A DNA stretch of 64,000 bases. It comes from Holothuria leucospilota. Taxonomy: Eukaryota. Below, in pieces: positions 1 to 15,000 of the stretch. Numbering within the stretch: position 1 is the stretch's first letter; the number at the start of each line of letters is the position of its first letter. The position numbers and the translations under genes are program-made. Under the pieces are notes generated by a model, which saw only the letters and a list, made by a program, of their open reading frames with translations, ran no database searches and had not been told where the DNA came from. The stretch covers positions 23,751,285 to 23,815,284 of the forward strand of contig CM055969.1 of assembly GCA_029531755.1 (NCBI GenBank), given 5' to 3'.

Positions 1-3000
1 ACTTGAGTAAGTTTATTACAATCAAAGGTACCCAAAATTGACCAATTTTATAGAATTGAAAGTTTGAAAGCAAGCAAGAAATCCTACCAACAACCATAGC
101 ATAACAAGCCCAGTACTTCAACTTTTTGACTTGTCTACCATATCTATAATATTTAACTCTCCTCAACTTCTTGACTTGTCTACCATACTAAACATTGAAC
201 ACAACTGCACCAACACTGTTACACAGCGCAACACATGAACAAAGTACTTAAAAAACAGTTAATCGCTTAACACTTGTTAAATTTCTATATATCAAAGATT
301 TGCAACAAACCTCCACAAACTCTGACAAGGTCTGCGTACAGGAGTGTTCTAGCTGAGATTTGTTTTTCCAACGAACCAACCTAAGGCCTCCTCTGTTAAG
401 ATCATCCAAAGCTTTACTGGCATCAGATGACACAATGGATGCAGATGGTTCATTGATAGCTTCTTGCCAGACTAATGCAGGACACTGACCAATCAAATGC
501 AAGCATTTAGAAACAAACTTGCTATAAGTCTTCACATCTGTCAGGGAAGTGAATTTCTCCATCTCTCTCAAGTACATCCTAGATGGATTGACCACTTGCC
601 CAGCTACATGGTAGCAGTCCAGCAGGTGTGGGGCAATGCCCAGTCTACAGCATGCACAAATGTAGTGGAGATTGCACAATACACTTTTCAATTCGTGGAA
701 GAGACCAGCTTGAGTGAGGTGGTATGGTAGCTCTGAAATGCCACGCAGCTGTGCTCCTTCCAATAAGCCATTACCATGAGGGTCTGCTAACTTGGAGAAG
801 AAACCTGCAGAATTAAAGAATTGTCAGAAATAATGGATTACTGATATGGTTTCATGCCCTGACTTAGTAAACAATGCAAGCTACTGTCCAAAATATCCTA
901 ATATTTTCAAAAACATGCAATCAATGTTTTGAAGGCAAATAGTGTTATACAAATCCCATGGGGGTGGGGGTTGGGGATAAGGAAGGAGGAGGGGGATTCT
1001 GCCTCTCAGTGAAATCTCTTCAACCCCACTTTCCTTCTCCCTTCCTGTCATTTCTTAAACCATTATGCTGCAGTACTGGACAATATATTATGCATACGTA
1101 CTGGAATAACCCCCTATAATTTCATCTGACTCCAATTTCATCATACCCCATTTCCCTCCTCCCACTTTCTAAAAATCCTTATGCTACTGTTGGCCAACTA
1201 AAAGAATGACATCTTGCACATTTACATAACAATGTTTTGAGACTAAAAAGATCTTACCTGCCAAGAGGATATGCATCTGTACTCTCAAGTCAGCTCCTGT
1301 CCCACGAAGGTAACGATGAGTGATGGCTTCCAGAATTAAATTGCTTCCAATCCTTAGTCGAGAGCTTGTATCAAAATGAAAGCAAATACATTTTCAGGTT
1401 AAAGGTTTAAACCAGACAAAACTCTGTAAGAGATTACAATGGAAATGTACTTTTTGTGGTTAGCCCCATGGGCATTCTCCCACCTGATGAAAACTGTTAG
1501 GGCACCAAGTCAATATAGTAAAGCTGCACCTGCCTCATCCAAGCTGCAGCCATGCTTTGTTTTGATACATATTATCAATGGCAGGTTTGAACTAGTCCTG
1601 CACCTGTAATGCCTATAGAGGGATTTCATGTAACGTCACGAGTAATGGATTCCCATGCACTGAAGGGCAAAAAAAACACGCAATAAGCAAATTTACAGCT
1701 CACGCGCACGGCATAACCATAGATACTACTGTGACACAATGGACACGTGCCATTCAAAACCAAACAGACGTGCGATCTTGCCCTTCAAAACAAAAACAGA
1801 CACGCGATCTTGCCCTTCAAAATTGCATCTAGTTGGTTTAAGTCACGTGAAAGAAATCCCTCTATAGGAACATCATATAACTGCAGCCCCTACAGCTTGG
1901 CTGAGGCTGATGCAGCCTGACATTTTGATGGTGCCTAAAAGGGTTGAAAAGCTACACTACAGGTATTAATGCATATTGATACTATATATGTTAAACAACA
2001 TCAACTGAATCAGAATACATTCCCCTGGCTTACTTGATCAGTCTCTTGCCTAGCCCTCCCTCACCTATTTTCTACCCCTGGATTAGTTGGCCAGTCTTTT
2101 GCCTAGCCCTCCCTCACCTGTACCCTACCCCTGCATTAATTGGCCAGTCTCTTGCCTAGCCCTCCCTCACCTGTACTCTACCCCTCCCCCTCTCTCTCAC
2201 CTGTACTCTACCCCTGGGTTGATAAGAGTCTTCACACTCCTGATGAGTCTTGCAAAGATGGCAGATGGAATAAATTCTGGTGGCGTCAAAGACAAACCTC
2301 TTACATCTTGGTATGTCAATTTTTTATTCTTGAGATGAAAGGCTAAACTAAGAAGGTGATGAAGTTCTTCCTCCTCCAGACCTGATGATGTTACAACAAC
2401 AAATGAAAGAGAAACTCAATCAACATAACTATAAAGAGAAATGTTCTTTGAAAACTGTCATATATCAAAATGAAAACACTGTATGCATGCAGATACAAGG
2501 TCAAAATTTTATTTCCATTTTTCAAGGGCTCTTTTCAAATGATTTGGGGGAAACGATCACTCCCTAAAATACTTTACAGGAGATATTTGAGGTCTATGCC
2601 AACTATCGTTAATATTTTTTGGACAATTACCCAGAAAATTCTGGATGCTGTGAGGGCAAACTGCCTGTTGTCCCTGTACATTTTATATGCTCACCAGATC
2701 ATTCCATACCTGCAATAACTGTTTTCTATGCTAATATGCATTATTTAGGAATCTCAAAATTGACATTATAAATTATGTTTTTCAACACGGGTCAGCTGTA
2801 TGCACAGTTAATATACCTTTGGGTATCTAAGACATAACGATGTACACAACATTATTTTTTGCAACCTTAACTTTAACCACATCTAAGACATTGCTACATC
2901 CAATTATGACAGAACTGTCATACCATCCCTAGCACAAATCAGCAGTACAAGCAGCTCTTTAATCATCTTATCATCATATTCTTTCTCAAGCCGGCTGATT

Positions 3001-6000
3001 ATCTCCTGCAGCAAGGCATCGACGGTGTGAGAGAGGGCTTTCAGCTTGCCAGATACCTGCATAAAAAGAAATTGAATCGCCAACTTACACATAAAATCTT
3101 ACATTAGAGACAAATCTCAGGTGTGACATGTGTCAATAAGTGGAGAAGGTCCACTAGAGATAAAAAAAAATTCTGGTTAAATGCCAAAATTGAGGTATAA
3201 AATGTACTATCAATTAAATTATGCATTGTGCACGTTGTCTCTAAAAACTCTGCATGATACCTTCCTACAGACAAAGCTCACCTCCTCAAAGACTCCAAAC
3301 ATTCTGATTTCTTCACAGGCCAGGCTCAGAAACAAGGCCAAGTTAGCTTGTCTCTTTGATACAAGAAGTTTCATCTGCAAGGGGAACACAAAAACAAAAC
3401 TTTTCAAAAATTCTCTTTGTTGTTTCCCATGCTTAAGGAGACAAAAGAACCTTAATTGTGAGTTACATGTCTGTAGTATCAAGGTGACTGCTGACTCTCC
3501 ACTCAACTTTTTGCAATGATTAAGTCTAGATCAAGTCCTGGCCTTTGTAGAGTGCATTCCCTTATTTTCAAGTGTTTGCCTATTTTTGTGCAGTATACAT
3601 AAACAGCATTAAGTTTACATTTGACTCTCGGCAGCATAACTTCATAAAACTACTAGTCTCCATCCTAGTATATCTCTGCCAAACCTGCAGCTGGGGTATT
3701 CACATTAATAATTTTTAATTTATTATTTTCTTCTGACAATGCACCACCCTCCCCAAAACTACACACAATCTTCACATCTCCTGATTCACGGAACTGATGG
3801 TAGATAGGACACCTTGCCTATTCAGTGGTTATCTCGAAGGGAGATTTGAAACTGGAGTGTGTCTGATTCCACACATCAGAATACGCCTACAGTCCTTTCT
3901 ATATGGGGGTTGTCATGTAATAAGTTTAGGGTCTTTACGAAAGATAAATCTTTACTTTAACACATATCCAGATTTATGATAAGAGCAGAGAAAATTAGCT
4001 AACATTCCATATTTGGAGAGATCCTTACTTCTTTCAAGCTGCAATTAATTCACAATTGATAACACGTTCTCACCTGATTATTGAACGGTGATTCATCCAA
4101 TTGTTTTCTGTACACGCCAAGAATTTTCCTCACCATCTCTGACTTATCCAAGATATCCAAAGGTCCTAGATTGAAGACTGATACATTGTCCCTCCTCTGT
4201 AAGGCCTTGTAGCATTCTTTATTTTCACCACATGATACAACTATGATTACGCTCTGAAAATTTCCAAAGATAGATAAAATACAAAGGTCAAAAAATTCTG
4301 CTTCACAGCAATCCATGTCATTACTGCTTTTTGTCAACACTTTTTCACCTGAGCTACAGACAGCTTCACAAGACCTTTTGGAAACTACTGAACTGAGGTT
4401 TCCTTACACTGAGTATAAGATTATTAAAATACACAAAAAAAACCATGTGGCAATTTGTTCCAAATCCTCAGGTTTTCACCTGTGTTTGTCATGGGTAATC
4501 ACACATATTTTGCATGAAAACCTGTGTTTTCCCTTGACACTGACACAGGTTGGCCAGTTGCCACACTTTGCCATAGGTTTGATGCAGGTTTGCCACAGGT
4601 TTTCAAGCAAAATGTGTGGCAATTAAAACCAATGTTAACAAAGAATTCTGAGACAAAACCTGTTGTTTGAAATTAAAGGCAGGAGAGGTGTGTCAACCTG
4701 TGTCAAACCTGTGTCAAACCTGTGTCCAGAGGGTTCCAAATACGCAGGTCATCACCCAAGAACACACGTCATTTCTTTTGTTTTTTATGTGTGATCACAC
4801 GTGGTTACAGACACAGGTTGACACACCTTTTTTGTAAGGGTCAGTTTGATCTATTGTGGCCCCTTATTTGGAATGGGCTCAAGGGCTGTATGCCCATTAA
4901 TACCAAAATTCTGTAAGATTCAAGAGATCTTATGAATCTCAGAAAAGTGAAGGTTACAACTTTACATCAATATGAAAATTATACCTTCTCTGTTTTCCTA
5001 CCAATGACAAGCTGAACTACTTAAAATCCGATTAGTGAATTGACAATCACATTTGGGACTCTATGAAGGATTTGCAAGGAGCAAGTTTCACTGGTTTTGT
5101 ACAAAGTCAGTAAAGTTGTTTGAAGTGCAAAGCTCCACACTACAGACCAGTGTTGTATTTAAGCAAAAAAGAGCAGCTAAATTCATTTCACACCAGATTC
5201 AAACCTACATAATGAACTGATACATACTCAATACATGATGAACTCGAAGTAAAACTTTTCCTTTTCATTAAAGACACTAAAATAATAGTCATTTTTAGTG
5301 TTTTTCTCATCTTGTCAGTGATGTACTTCCACAATACTTGTGTCTGCTAGAAATGTTTTCTGTGTTTACTCCATTGAATGTCCACTTCCTAATAAACAAC
5401 CCTCTCCCCCAACCCCACCCTCCCCCCCACCCCCAAAAATGGCCATATCCACTTCTCAATAAACAAATCTATTCACGACAAAATTGATGGCTTCTGGTAC
5501 TTTATCAGTATCCTTGACTCGGATCTTCTGTTTTTGTTTTGTAAACTTGCAAAAGCATTGCTGTGACTGTGGCTGACAGAGCCGTAGTAAAGCTGCTGGT
5601 GGATTGAAGGATGGGACATGTAAATTTACATTCTCTGGTCAGAGCCACTCATACAGTGCCTCAAAAATCTTTGTAAGGTCAGAATTTGAAATGACAATTC
5701 AACCCAAATCACAAATATCCCCCCCCCCACCAGCCCCTTGGAAGTTTTAACACCCCAGGGCATTTAATAAATACATATTTGCATGAAGTGCCAGCTTGCA
5801 AGCTCAGGTGCAAACCAGTGCAATTACCACCTTGCTTGAGGATTATTACAATGTATACCATCCAATACAACTCACCTCTGGTACTGATGCTGGCAGCCAT
5901 TCCATACTCTGAGCTTGATGGGATGGTTCTAGTTCATCTAACCCGTCAATTAAAATGACGTACTTTTCTTGACTAACCATCTGACTGGCTTGATCAAGGA

Positions 6001-9000
6001 ATTTAGGCAACTTGTTCATGAGATTTCTTGAAAGAAACAAACAAGTACAAAATAAAGACAAGATGTAAGTAAACCTGTGTAGATTTAATTCACACGTGTA
6101 CTGCCCTTATCAATACTCTCAGTGATATTTATACTGCAGACTTGATGGTATGATGCATTTTTTGATCACATACTTGCTACTGTATGATCAATAGGACCAT
6201 TGGCAACAGTTTTGAACAACTGTGGCGATGTGATATTACATTTGTTATTGCCAAAGAAGGCTGCCAATTGTGTAAGGTCTTTAAATGTTAAATGTTAAAT
6301 TAAATTTCCAAATACAACAGGTTGCAATATTTAGCACTCTTGCTCCAACTTTTTCTGTTAGCTTCACAAATGCTCTAACTTTCTAAAACTTAAATAAGAT
6401 AAACCTACAATGGTGTAATGTCATTGCAGCACTTCATAATAAGGCCCCATAAAAAAAATTACTTGTTTCTCATCACTGACTTCTGAAAAAATCCGTCGCC
6501 CGGTCCTTTTTTATTTTTTATTACCAACCAATTTTCAGTGTGTTCTGTCTGGGCCCTATTTTATACTATATACCATGTATCCGGAGTGTTGTCAAGTCCG
6601 CCTTTCATAGAACATTAAGGAGTAACACTCACTCATCTGATATAACAGTTGTGTGTGATTCAGTATCATTACGGACTTCGGGACTTGTAGCACATTTTAG
6701 TGAATCCACAACGGTCTGTGCACGGCAGAGCATATTGATACAGCAATGATCGCAAGTACGGGAAGAACGTTTGATTGTGGGATTTGGTCGGAGTGATTTG
6801 GGGCAATATATTTATGCAAAAAACGTCAGAAACGATGTCAGAGATCACATTTTCTTATTTAAAAAAAAAATGCAGACATGGAAACGATAACGTCGGCCCG
6901 GGACGTTTTTATTTTTTAATAAAAAATAAAAAAAAAAATCCACCCGGCGTCCAAAATCAGCCCGGCCGGTGATGAGAAACAAGTAATTTTTTTTATGGGG
7001 CCTAAACAGAAATCACATTTTCTTGCACAATTAGAAACAAAGTACATTTGCTACACTTTTTACAGGAGAAAAAATATTCTGCAATACTTTCAAAACATTT
7101 TCTGAGCCTGTAAGCATTAAAGCATGGACACAAGTCTGTCAACATCACTGGCAAAAACAAGCATAAGCAGCTGCTGGTTAAGAAAATTTGAGGTTGTTCA
7201 AGCTAGAGGGTGGGTTTGAAATATTTACTGAAGCTACAAGAATTGAAAAACGGAAAAATTTACTTGTAATCTTCAGGGACATGCATGAAGAGGTTAAAGG
7301 TCAACTTGATGGTCCAGCAGATTCTTGTTAGGACATTTAGGAGTTGAGAGGATCCAGCTGTTGCACCAACAAAGTGTGTGAAGTAGTTATAAGATGAGTG
7401 TGCTTCCACAAATCTTTCTTTCAATGCAGCCTGAAGACAAAATGACACAAAGAGGATGACTGCCTTTCAAACAAAATGCAAATACCTTCTGTTTAGAACT
7501 GACATTAGAAGCAATGATCATTATACTCCTTATTCTTGTTTTATCACACTTTTGAAGCATGCACATAAGGGTATGACTACAACTTCCATGAATAAATTTC
7601 ACAGTAGAAAGTTGTGAGTTACATAACATGGAATCTTTCCTTAGAATTTGAACCCCCGTAGCATTGAACTTCGAGTCTTTAACTTACAATGAAATAAGTT
7701 AATCCCATTACATTGGATTTCCACTTAATTTACATTGAAAGAAGTTAAAATTTACCCAAAATACTGTTAGTGACTACTTCACACTACTTTTAATACTCTG
7801 AGCTGCTATCACAAGTTGGTAGATGATTTCATCAACAAAGTGAAATGACCACCACTATCCCTGTTTAAGAACATAGTGAAATGACCACCACTATCACTGT
7901 TTAAGGAATTCAGCATAATAAAGGGTAAACATCCTCACCATGAAGGCAGACTTTCCACATCCTTGCTGGCCTGTTAGAACAAATATTCTTCCTGCCTCTT
8001 TCTCCATCATTTCTGTAAACTTAATCAGCTGAGATTTCCTGCCAACAAATACTGATGTGTAAGTGTCCATCAGAGCTCTGTGGTGTTCTGCTTCCTCCTC
8101 CAGAACCTCTCTTTGAGAAACCTGAGATGAAGGAAAATGTAGATGATCTCTCCCTCTCTACTGATACACACCTAAGAACTACCAAACTCCATGACAATCA
8201 CTCCCAAACTAGGGTCACAAAAACTGAACAAGGGGTGCAAAGTAAGAACAAACAAAAAATATTATGGAAGAAATCAGCCATGCAAAAACAACATGACAAG
8301 AATGAACACAAGGACAATCATAATTTAATAAAGGAACTAATAAATATTACTCATCCCTGTCAAGAACAATTTGACTATCATAAAATGGGGGCTACTAGCT
8401 ACGATGTCAACCTCCCCCTTCCCAACAGTGAGCATTCATTATTTTATTGGACAAGGTTAGGCTTGAAAGAGAACAAGCCATGGGAAGTTTTTGAACCATT
8501 GCTGTAAGAGTCACAACAGTTTTCAAGAGGAGGTAACAAATATTACTTCTCCAAAAGGGTATGATAGATTTTTATCATGATGCTGTGTTTTCAACTTGTT
8601 TTATGAGGCTGGTAAATAACTCTTTGTAAAGTCTTTCACAAAGGGGCATATACTGAATTCATCATACATATAAATACAAAGACATACTCAAAGGTCTAAG
8701 TATATACTTAAAGGTAAACCTGCATCTCCTCCAATGCCACTTAATGAAACCTAAATGATGTTTATTTAAATAACACTCTATACAACACTGACATCTGCTA
8801 CATACTTGTCACTGGTGACATAACCATCTACTTGACTCCATTTTTCAGTTGAAAACACCTTGAAAATATCACCCTGAAACTGCATCATTGTAAAATCTTG
8901 CAACTATTAACCACTTTTAATTGTCTTACTTTTTACCCAAGTCTGACAAAAACAGATCAGTCTTCATTTACTTTTACATGTAATCAGGTCTGTGAAACAT

Positions 9001-12000
9001 CCTTTCATAAAGTGGACATAACATACAGCACATTATTAAAAGACAACAATTTAGGTTAAACAATATCTTTTAACTTACCTTTGTGTCAAAATCACAACTT
9101 ATTTTGGTCCAAAGATTATTCAACACTCTTTCACCAAATTCCTCCAAGCCTGCTGTGATGGGTTTGCCATCAACTAGACCTCCCCAGTAGCAAGAGTAAC
9201 TTTATTAAACAAACAGAATACAAAATATATCTGATGAGCCACAAGACTGAAAGATATGTTAACTTGGAAAAAATAAAGTATCTATATTCAGTTGAAGGTC
9301 AAACATTCCAAGAAGATATCATCAAAACTGAAAATAACTACAAGTCAAATGATCGGCATCAGTGAATTGATTCAATTGAATGTCGACTGACCAGTTGATC
9401 AATAGATGAATCGATCAATCAATCTATCAATCATAATGTACTTATTTGGAATTAGACAAACTGTTTTGCAGCAACTTTGCCCTGCGTTATCTGCATTCTA
9501 CACAGAGATCTGAAGATGATCAATTCTGAAAGTGTCATGCAAAAATCAGATACTGCATTCCTTTAGATTCACATCTCACACTGTGTGGCATTCTCACTGA
9601 TACAGTATACGAGCATTCTGAAAGCGGCAAAACATTTCTTACCATGAATAATTTTGCACAGTCCAATTTAATCTAACACCAACACTTGAAAACCTGGTTC
9701 CTTAATTGTCTTCGTACATTTCTACATACTAGATCCTTTATTTAAATAACTCAGTTCCAGATAAAATCATAATGTCTTGAAATATTTAATTTTAGAAACA
9801 ATACACTCACTTGTTGAATACTTCAAATCCACTTTTGAGAATCCCATCTTTCAAATTCATCAGCTTAGAATGGCTTGCATCTGATTCTGCCTTAAAGTTC
9901 TTTTTCCATTGACCAGGAACATCTCTGTGATATTAAAACACCATGTAAAATTTTTAAATAATGCAGTTTGTTTACTTGATACTCTTTGGAGGAAAAGGTG
10001 GCAGGGCAAAAAGTTTCTTACTTTATGAATTCAGACCTTCACAGCCTTAGAGCAAATATTTCACTACACTAAACATTACACACTGGGATGCTAATATGAA
10101 CAGGTTAACATCTGATTGCTTCCAATTATGCATAGAAAAAGTAAGGAAGTTGGTAGCCTCCTCCCTCAGAAATTTGGGTATCTGGAGAGAAACTGTGGCA
10201 ATCAGAGGAAAATTTACCCTTGTACATGGAAGTCACAAGTTGTGAAACATTTGACTCCCTTCACTGCAGGAAATAAACATTTCTTCCAGCCCTGGAGCCT
10301 TCCAATTTAAAAATATTAGCCCCAATTTGGACTCTTTTCAAATCAAGCCAGTTAACATGGGTTTCTACGGAAGCGTAGAAGGGACACTGCATTGACGAGT
10401 TACCGACATGGCAAAATGACAAAAATCTGCAAATTGTATTGCTGTATTACTATATCACTAAGTAATGGCAATTCCTCACATGGCCGTTAACTCAGTAGGG
10501 GAGCAGGGTTAGTTTCCCTCTAGAAAATTGGTATTATTATTATTTTTATCACATCGGTCTGTATAAATATTTCAGGTTTTAAAATAGAAAAAAAAACATT
10601 TGGATGCAACTTGTAAGTTACGGGATGTGCCATTTTTGGCAACATGGGAAAAATCATTCATGGTAATAGTTTGCTTCTAGAGTTATGTGCCAATTTAGGT
10701 TGGCGCGCTTCTTACAAAATCTCCTCTTTATCGAGAAGTTTCTTGTTGAGTAATGTACAAATCATAGGCGTAGGAAGCTTTTCGAGATGGGGGAGGGGGG
10801 CTAAACTTTTTTTCGGAAAACCGTCCTGGGGGAGGGCTCTAAGGAGGGGGACACACCCCTCCCCTTTTGAAAATTTCTGAGTATTTGGGGATCTTTAGAT
10901 GCAATTTGATGCAACAAATTGGGAACATTTTAAGAAAAATTATTTCAAAGTTTTGACATTTTTATACACGCAACAAATAAGGTGTTTTCATCCTTAGATT
11001 GAGGGGGGAAGCATAATTACGCCCCTCCACATTTTTGACTAAGGGGGCTAAAGCCCCCTCCCCCGGCTTCCTACGCCTATGGTACGAATTAAATTATTGC
11101 GCGTACTGCAAAGTGTTTTCATGTCAAAATACACTACTCAAAGTCTGCGTGTATGCTTCAGGTGACTTCGAACTATGTATCATGTAAGATGACGAGGGTT
11201 CTTTTATTTAGAAGTTGAGGGTATTTTCTCCTTTCCCCTACCTGTTGAAGCCCTTGCTTCGCTGTTAAATGGGAGGCTCCGCGTTCCTGGAGAGTCGTTT
11301 ACATATTTCAAATTGGGATTCCCCCTTTCAGACAAACTTTCTGGCTCGTGTTCGGCCCGCGAAATTTTCGTGATTAAAAATGTGGCTCGCCAACGAAAAT
11401 AATTAAGAACATCTGCTTTAGAGAGACACAAATTGTCACGTCCTCATGTTTATTTTTCATGCAGTATGACTCTCGAAGTGCCTAGGGCCAGTCGAGGCCA
11501 GGCCGACATATGTAATTTTTTTATTGTCGTATTTTTTGGGGGTGGGGATAAACAGGGGGCCATGGTCCCCTTGTGCCCCCTGTCTACCATGGGCGGCGAT
11601 CCTGGGGGGGTGGGGGATATATCCCCCCCAATATTTGAGAAATCGCCCATTGACTTTGATTTTTCACACAGTAAATTATTGGAAATTCTGGTCATATCCC
11701 CCCAATATTGAGAACAAATCGCCGCTCTTGCTGTCTACGCCAGTGCCACGGAACAAACTTATCTGTAAATCAGCAAGAGTCCTCTACCTTGGAATCCATT
11801 GCTCCATTGCTCCTCCGGGAGTTGTTATCACAAAGTATTGATGAAAAGCATGACACTGAGTTGGCTTGAAGCGTGCCGAGCGCACAAAAGGTTTGATAGT
11901 TTTCAAAACACTTAAGTGAATTCTGATAGGTTGAAAACCATTTGTGCTATAACGTGATTAAATAAATCCATCAATCTGTCAGAAGTACACCTTACCCTAC

Positions 12001-15000
12001 TCCTTACGAAAATCTTTCACTTGAACGCCTTTTGCGATTATTTAAAATCAAAACAAACAAAAATCCAAAAATCGATTGGAGAGGGACTATCCCCCCTATC
12101 CGGCACACACACGTCTTGCACACACAAACGCGCGCACACATTTTTTCTTTCCTTCTTTTCTCTTTCTCCCCTCCTCTCTCCCTTCTCTTCTTTTTTCCGC
12201 TTTTATTCTATTTTATATTCCCTCATTTTCAATGGGTGGCATGGCCTGTTGCCCCCGCCCCCAGGATACGCCACTGAGCCATTCACATCAGATTTTATAC
12301 AATGTGAAATGATATAAGATCAACTTGACAGAGTAACTGGAGCCGATTTCTGCACCCTTAATATACAATATTGCGAGAGCTCCGCGGAGGGGAGGGACTT
12401 CGCCCCTTGGACCCAACTTTGGCCACGCCCCTGGACCTCCGCCAGGGGCACTTACACAGTCCCTTGACCCCACGAGAAATATGTCCTCAATGTAACAAAT
12501 TATTGCAAATTGTTAGTTTGTATCTTTGTGATGTCATGGCATTCATACGCTTCCGTAGAAAGTTGATTCATCGAGCGTATCCACAACCTCGGCAAAATGT
12601 CAATTTTCTGCATTTAGTCATTTTGACGAGATACTAACAACTGTGCAACTCACCAATTTGCAGAAAATTGACTCATTAACGAGATCCAGCATCTCGTCAA
12701 AACGTCATTTTTCTGAATTTTGTCATTTTGACGAGATACTAGCAACTGTGTAAGTCGTCAATTTGCAGAGAATTGTTGCATTGACCAGATCCAGCATCTC
12801 GTCAAAACGTCATTTTTCTGAATTTTGTCACGTTGCTACGTCGTCAACTCGTCAATTTGCAGATTTTTGTCATTTTGCCATGTCGGTAACTCGTCAATGC
12901 AATGTCCCTTCTACGCTTCCGTAGGTTTCCATAGAAAAATTGATTGTTCTTGTCAAAACTGCAAGAGAAAAGGACACCTAGCTTTCCACTGACCATGTTT
13001 ACTAACACATTCAATGGCAATATAAACATATCAAAATTGCACTCACTCAATGAAACCAGAGTCCCTGATGTAGAAGAAAGCTCCTTGGTCATCAGCATGG
13101 TCTTGTAGAGCTTGCTGGACTTCCAATTCAGTCATGGATCTGCCACTAGGATACTCTGCCAACCATTCAAACTTACTTCCCAACATGGCAGGATAAAACT
13201 CTGGTACAAATCCATACCTCTCACCCAGGATACCGATGAAGTAATCACAATGTGCAACTTCTGACAGGCAGACTTCAACAGATCTGAAAGCACAACAGAA
13301 TCATGGCAATGATAAGTCTTCTTGCATTGCAGCTTTGGAGCATAAAAGATTAGATTTCTTGAGCAAACATGAGCACTTGTTTGGTGGAAAGTTTGGCAGG
13401 TTATCTTTGCTTTGGAAACCCATAAAATATTAATAACTTTGTGTCATGATTTCTTTGGAATCATTTAATCTTCCAAGCAGTGTTAAGGCTAGTTGGATAA
13501 AAAAGTGGCATATGAAACAAAGGCTCCCCCATCAAACTGGACCCCTGTGATTGCTATATTGTAAACCAACTCATACTTGGAATGTTAGGAACCAAATCAT
13601 TTAGCAGCTATAAGATTCATGTTTGATTCACAGCCAGGTCACAGTAAGGTGGGTTTTTCTTTCTTTTTTCTTTATTTACATTTCATACAACAGAGATAAG
13701 CAGTTTCCAATAAGAACTAGCTATCAAAAGGAAACAAATTCAAATTCTATATTTCAGGTTGAGTTGGTAAGCCACTCAAGAAATTTTCATGAAAGAGACA
13801 CAGGCATCATATTGTACAGTACAATACAATACAATACAATACAATACAATACAATACAATACCAATACAATACAATCAATGCCTTTGCACTTACTTTATA
13901 GCCATACTCAAAATTTGATCCAGTTGCAAGCCCTGACAGGTAAAAATCTGCTAAGGGGCTGTTTGAGAATGTTTTCTGATTTGATTTACTCAAATATGAA
14001 ATCAAAAAATGGGAGAGTACCTGCAGACTCCTCATGACTTACATAATTTACAACTACGTCCAGGTATACTTGCTTATAGATTTGTTTGTTGAAGCTGTAA
14101 AACTGAAGTACAGCCAGTATGGGGGCAGGCTTCTAGTTGCAGATGTGTACCTTTATGTGCCATTTTGAAATTAAATTGTAAATGACTGCCTTTCAATGCT
14201 GGAATGAATCTTTTCACATCCCTTTAATGCCATACAAAGTAACTCAACCACTACTACATTCCAAAAGATAGCGAGACGAAAGTTTTATGAAACACTCACT
14301 TATGCTGTTTTGTTTGTTCCTCTGTCACTCCCCACCTTAGATCAACCTCCACGATATTCAAAAGAAGACGCCTAGCTCTCGATCTCAGCTCTGGGAAAAC
14401 ATATCGAGTCAAAAGGTCACGCTCCCCATGCATGTCTTTGAAAGTTGATGAAATGAATACACGAACAGTTCTCCATCTGAAAATTGATCAAAAAACATAA
14501 AAAATTTGCTATTGTATTTGGCTCAAACAAGAATCAGGCATGGTCCATGGCTGGTATTTGTATTTTTAAACATCTTGAAATAACCATTTTGATGCCCTAA
14601 TCAACAGGTATGAAAATGAAGAAAACTTTAAGAAGTTTCAAAATGCTTTATAATATAATATAAAGGTGTTACCTTCGAACGGGAGGTCCCTCAGGAATTC
14701 TGAAATGGACAGCTGTAGTTTCAATCCGTTTTTCCAGCTGTAAAATAGTGTTAAAAGAAAGAGTAAATGGACTTACAAATGAAGTCAAATCATTGCCATT
14801 CACAAAATGAAATGAGGTTGTGATAAAGCAGTAGATTGTTCCTCCAAACCCTATGAAGTGTAGATACTATAAGCAATTGCATGCAGACTTATAACCTTTT
14901 ATACAACACCTTAATTTCTCTTCATTTGATTGGAGGATTGGTGGTCACATGCCATGGGTGATTTGGCACTATCATCACAGTCGTGTGTTGTCCATCGTGT

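Noticed and set aside
8055-8507. 150-aa plus-strand ORF from the six-frame track
   Set aside because: It lies antisense to, and overlaps, the NACHT P-loop exon (7939-8121, minus). It is low-complexity with no splice context, so it is a spurious antisense frame.
12021-12317. Three overlapping plus-strand ORFs
   Set aside because: They lie in a CT-rich low-complexity stretch inside the TIR element. The Ser/Pro/Leu/Phe runs come from simple sequence.
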